Assembly: GCF_009914755.1 (NCBI RefSeq)
Contig: NC_060932.1
DNA from: the human T2T-CHM13v2.0 reference genome, Homo sapiens
Strand: one strand, 5' to 3'
Length of the DNA stretch: 64,000 nucleotides
The notes beneath the pieces were generated by a model. That model did no database searches and had not been told where the DNA came from. It saw nothing but the letters and a program-made list of their open reading frames with translations. Made by a program: the position numbers and the translations under genes. Shown here one piece after another: positions 59,908-64,000 of this stretch; within the stretch, counting starts at the first letter, position 1; each line of letters opens with the position of its first letter.

Positions 59908-61671
59908 AACTTCAATATTCCACTGACAGCAATAGACAGATCATCAAGACAGAGAATGAACAAAGCAATTCTGGACTTGAATTTGACACTTGATTAATTG
60001 GAGCTAAGAGTCATCTACAGAATACTCTACTCAACAACCACAAAATATACTTTCTTCTCATCTGCCTGTGAAACATGCTCTAAGATTGACCACCTGCTTG
60101 GTCTTAAAACAGGTCTTAAAATACAAAAAAAAAATGAAAATTATACTAAGCATCTTCTCAGATCACAGTGGAATGAAAATAGAAAGCATTAACAAGAGGA
60201 ACTCTCAAAACCACACGAGTACATGGAAACTAAACAACTTGCATCTGAATGAATTTTGAGTAAATAACAAAATTAAGGCAGAAATAAAAAATTATTTGGA
60301 ACAAGTGAAAATAAAGACATAACATACCAAAATCTCTGGGATGTGGTAAAAGCAGTGTTAAGAGGAAAGATTCTAGTGTTAAACACCTACATCAAGACAA
60401 CAGAAAGATGTAAAATTAACAACCTAACGCAGTACCTGAATGAACTAGAAAAACAAGAACAAATCAAAGCCAAAGCTAGCAGAAGAAAAGAAATAACTAA
60501 AATGGGAGCACAATTAAATGAAATTGAGACCAAAACAACCACACAAAGGATCAATGAAACATCAAGCTGGTTGTTTGAAAGGATAAACAAGAGTAGATCC
60601 GAGTAAGCACAATAAAACATGGCAAAGGTGACATTACAACCAACTCCCCAGAAACGAAGATCCTCAGAGGCTATAAACATCTCTATGCATACAAACTAGA
60701 ATATCTAGAGAAAACTGATAAATTCCTAGAAACACACAGCCTCTTGAGATTGAATCAGAAAGGAACAGAAATCTTGAACAAATCAATAACAAATAAGGAA
60801 ATTGAATCAGTAATAAAAAACCTGCCAACCACCCTGAAAAGCCCTGAATCAGATGGTTTCACAGCTGAATTGTACCAAACATGTAAAGAAGAGCTGGTAC
60901 CAATCCTACTGAAACAATTCCAAAAAATTGATGAGGGGCTCCTTCCTAACTCATTCTAAGAGTACGGTATCATCCTGATACTAAAATCTGGCAAAGACAC
61001 AACAAGAAAAAAACTACACACCAATATCCCTGATGTACATAGATGCAAAAATCCTCAACATAATTCTCAACAAAAACTAGTAAACTGAATCCAGCAGCAC
61101 ATCAAAAAGTGAATTCACCACAATCATTTGGGCTTTATTCCTGGGATGAAGGATGGTTCAACATATGCAAATCAATAAAAGTGACTACATAAACAGAATC
61201 AAAAACAAACAGAAATGATATGATCATCTCAATAGACGCAGGAAAAGCATAAAAACCAACAACATTCTTTTATGAGAAAAAACCTCAACAAACTAGGCAC
61301 TGGAGGAAGATAACTCAAAATAAGAGGCAGCTATGACAATCCCACAGCAAACATCATACTGAATGGGTTAAAGCTGGAAGCATTCCTCCTAAGGACTGAA
61401 AGAAGACAAGAATGTTCACTCACACCATGCCTATTCAACATAGCACTGGAAGTCTTAGCCAGAACAATTAGTCAAAGAAAGAAATAGACATCCAAATTGG
61501 AAAAAAGGAAGTCAAATTATCTCTCTTCACTGACGATATGATTCTATACCTAGAAATCCTAAAGATTCTGCCAAATCTCAGGATACAAGGATTAGCTTAC
61601 AAAAGTTAATAGCATTTCCATACACCAATAACTAAGCTGAGAACCAAATCAAGAATGCAATCCCATGTATA

Positions 61672-61715
<44 letters not shown>

Positions 61716-62362
61716 CAAAAACAAAAAAAAAACAAAAATTAAGTACCTAGGAATACATCTTACCAAGGGGTGAAAGATCTCTACGAGGAGAACTACAAAA
61801 TTGCTGAAAGAAATTATAGATGACACAAAACATTCCATGCTCATGGTTTGGAAGAATCAATATCATTAAAATGTATACACTGTGCAAATAAATCTCTAGA
61901 TTCAATGATATTCCTATAAAATTATTAACGTCATTTTGCACAGAATTAGAAAAATGTATTCTAAAATGTATATGGAACCAAAGAATAGCCACAACAGCCA
62001 AGACAATCCTAAGCAAAAAGAAAAAAATCAGAGGCATCACATTACCCTACTTCAAACTATATTACAAGGCTACAGTAACCAAAACAGCATGGTACTGATA
62101 CAAAAATAGACACATAGACGAATGGAACAGGATAGAGATCCTTGAAATAATGCCACACACCTACACCCAACTGATTTTCAACAAAACTGAAAAAAAAAAA
62201 CTATAGGAAAAGTATTCTCTGTTTAATAAATGGTGCTGGAAAAACTGGCTAGCCATATGCAGAAAAATGAAACTGGACCCTTATGTATCTCCATATACAA
62301 AAATTCACTCAAGATGGATTAAAGATTTGAACGTAAGATCTTAAACTATAAAAATCCTGGAT
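59908..62362 (+). mobile_element. L1 ORF2 fragment (L1PB/L1MA-like) with (CA)n at 61675-61713
   Basis: Degenerate ORF2 ORFs 59998..60959. Confidence 0.88.
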
Positions 62363-62364
62363 GA

Positions 62365-62404
62365 GGCCGGGCGTGGTGGCTCACACCTGTAATCCCAGCA
62401 CTTT
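62365..62404 (+). mobile_element. Alu 5' stub
   Basis: ggccgggcgtggtggctcacacctgtaatcccagcacttt, then an abrupt end. Confidence 0.85.
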
Positions 62405-62459
62405 AAGAGGGTAGTCAAGGTTCTTAGATGCAAATAACAGAAACCAACTAAGGTTGACT

Positions 62460-62930
62460 TTAACAATTAGCTTTTACTGTGTAACAAACCACTCCAAAAT
62501 ATAATGCCACAAAATAAGAACCAGTGATGTAGTTCATGACTCAGTGGGCTGGCAATTTGTGCTGGACTCATTTTATTGTTGTTTTTAATCTGTGAGACAG
62601 AAGTCAGCTATCATATGTAGAATGCCTCAGCTGGGGTTTCTTACCTCTGGATGACAAAGTTGTTCACTGTCCAACAGAGTTGCCAAGGTGCATTCATATT
62701 GTGGCTGAAAAGATTTCCGAGATACTTAATGGAGAGCTTGTAAGTCTTCTTGTGACTCTGTCTTCGGAGTAGAAATTACTAAATTCCTGACACATTCTTT
62801 TGGTCTAAGCAAATCAGAAGGATAAGATTTAAGGGATAGGGAAATAGATTCCACTTCATGCTGGGAAAAGCTACATATTCACATAGCAAGGACATAGATA
62901 CACTGAGTTGAATAATTGATCACATGGGCT
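62460..62930 (-). mobile_element. MLT1 (MaLR) LTR remnant
   Basis: ttagcttttactgtgtaacaaaccactccaaaa...gggaaatagattccacttc. Confidence 0.6.
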
Positions 62931-64000
62931 AAGCAAAAGAAAGGTAGGTCACAACATGACTCAGTAGTTTAGAGAATGAATTAGAGATTTGCCAGGATAT
63001 AAGGTGAGTTGAGTAGCCAAAATTACAACTAAAAGCACACCACAGAATTAGTCCAATGCCATCATCACTGCTGCTGACCCCTGGATGCTGCAGCCACCTA
63101 CCTCTACTGATGCTGTGGGTCAATGTCAAGTTCCACCCATGAAACAGGGTATTACTGCCACCCTGATGCCACAACCCCTTGGAATGGATGCTTCACTAGT
63201 TTTGTCCTGGTGATGCACTTTTGCTAAATAGGCCGTTTGCCTATGCCCCAGTTGCAAGGGGAGTGGGGAAAATGATTCTCTGGCCCTTTGGGCTTCCGGA
63301 TGAGGAAAAGTTGCTACATCCCAAGGAGACCATAAGGTGGGGAAGTTGCTAAAAATATTAAAAAGCTTAAGATTCTGGATGAAAGAAAAAAATGTGAAAT
63401 AGCCAACACGTGTTATCTCAGGACAAGTAGAAAGGGATTGAAGAGTCTAGAACTTAAAGTGTCCTGTCCAAAAACTTGTTTGTTTGTTTTCTCCTTGGAG
63501 CACAGCTGGGTGTCACCAAGGCTCACAGTGTAAGTTAGGGATGACAATTTGAAATCCAGTTAGGCATAGTGGAGTGAAATCCCAGCATTGGAGTTTCCTG
63601 GCCAAACCATGTTTCACCATGTGGTCACACAATTGAACCTCCTGGTTTGCAGGATGGTTCTTTGTGAGGTCTCACTCTTATTCTGCACCTTATACAGGCA
63701 GATGAAGAAGTCACACAACACAAGGCAGACAATGAAGAATGTGTGTGTTCGCTATGGCGGGAGCCCACTGTGGGTGTGGCGTGTGAGCACACAAAGCAGG
63801 CACATTGGAGTTCAGGTCATCTACAGGTTGTGTGGCCGAGGGACTCACCACTTCCTGCCTCTGTGTCCCATAAAATGATGACAGCTAGAAGGCACCTACC
63901 TCCTAGCTTTAAAGCTCATAACTTGTGAGCATTAAAAATATGTGAGCTGTGCTTATACAGTTGCAGTCAGTGAATGTTCATATTAGTCCTGTTATCCCTG

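Overview
Primate (human or great-ape-like) nuclear DNA, heavily repeat-derived, with no intact protein-coding gene recognisable. Most listed ORFs are LINE-1 fragments or artefacts of simple repeats and GC-rich sequence. Main content: (1) a chain of about 19 short minus-strand segments bounded by AG...GT splice signals in the unique islands between repeats (about 1.75-57 kb). These look like a decayed multi-exon gene with stops and two dead acceptors; I cannot name it, and its reading frames are partly ambiguous. (2) A CpG-rich, poly(A)-tailed retrocopy-like insertion (1978-4450) of unidentified parent. (3) A nested L1 stack (17.3-35.6 kb): old L1M > 5'-truncated L1PA > two younger twin-primed L1PA insertions. 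One of these is near full length with its 5'UTR/ORF1 inverted, so its antisense promoter and open ORF0 face ORF2. (4) A MER41B LTR with two intact GAS motifs and an LTR12 promoter with downstream plus-strand splice sites. (5) Alus, MIR/L2, MaLR LTRs, DNA transposons and tandem repeats. Repeat subfamily names come from recall of consensus sequences, not from a search.
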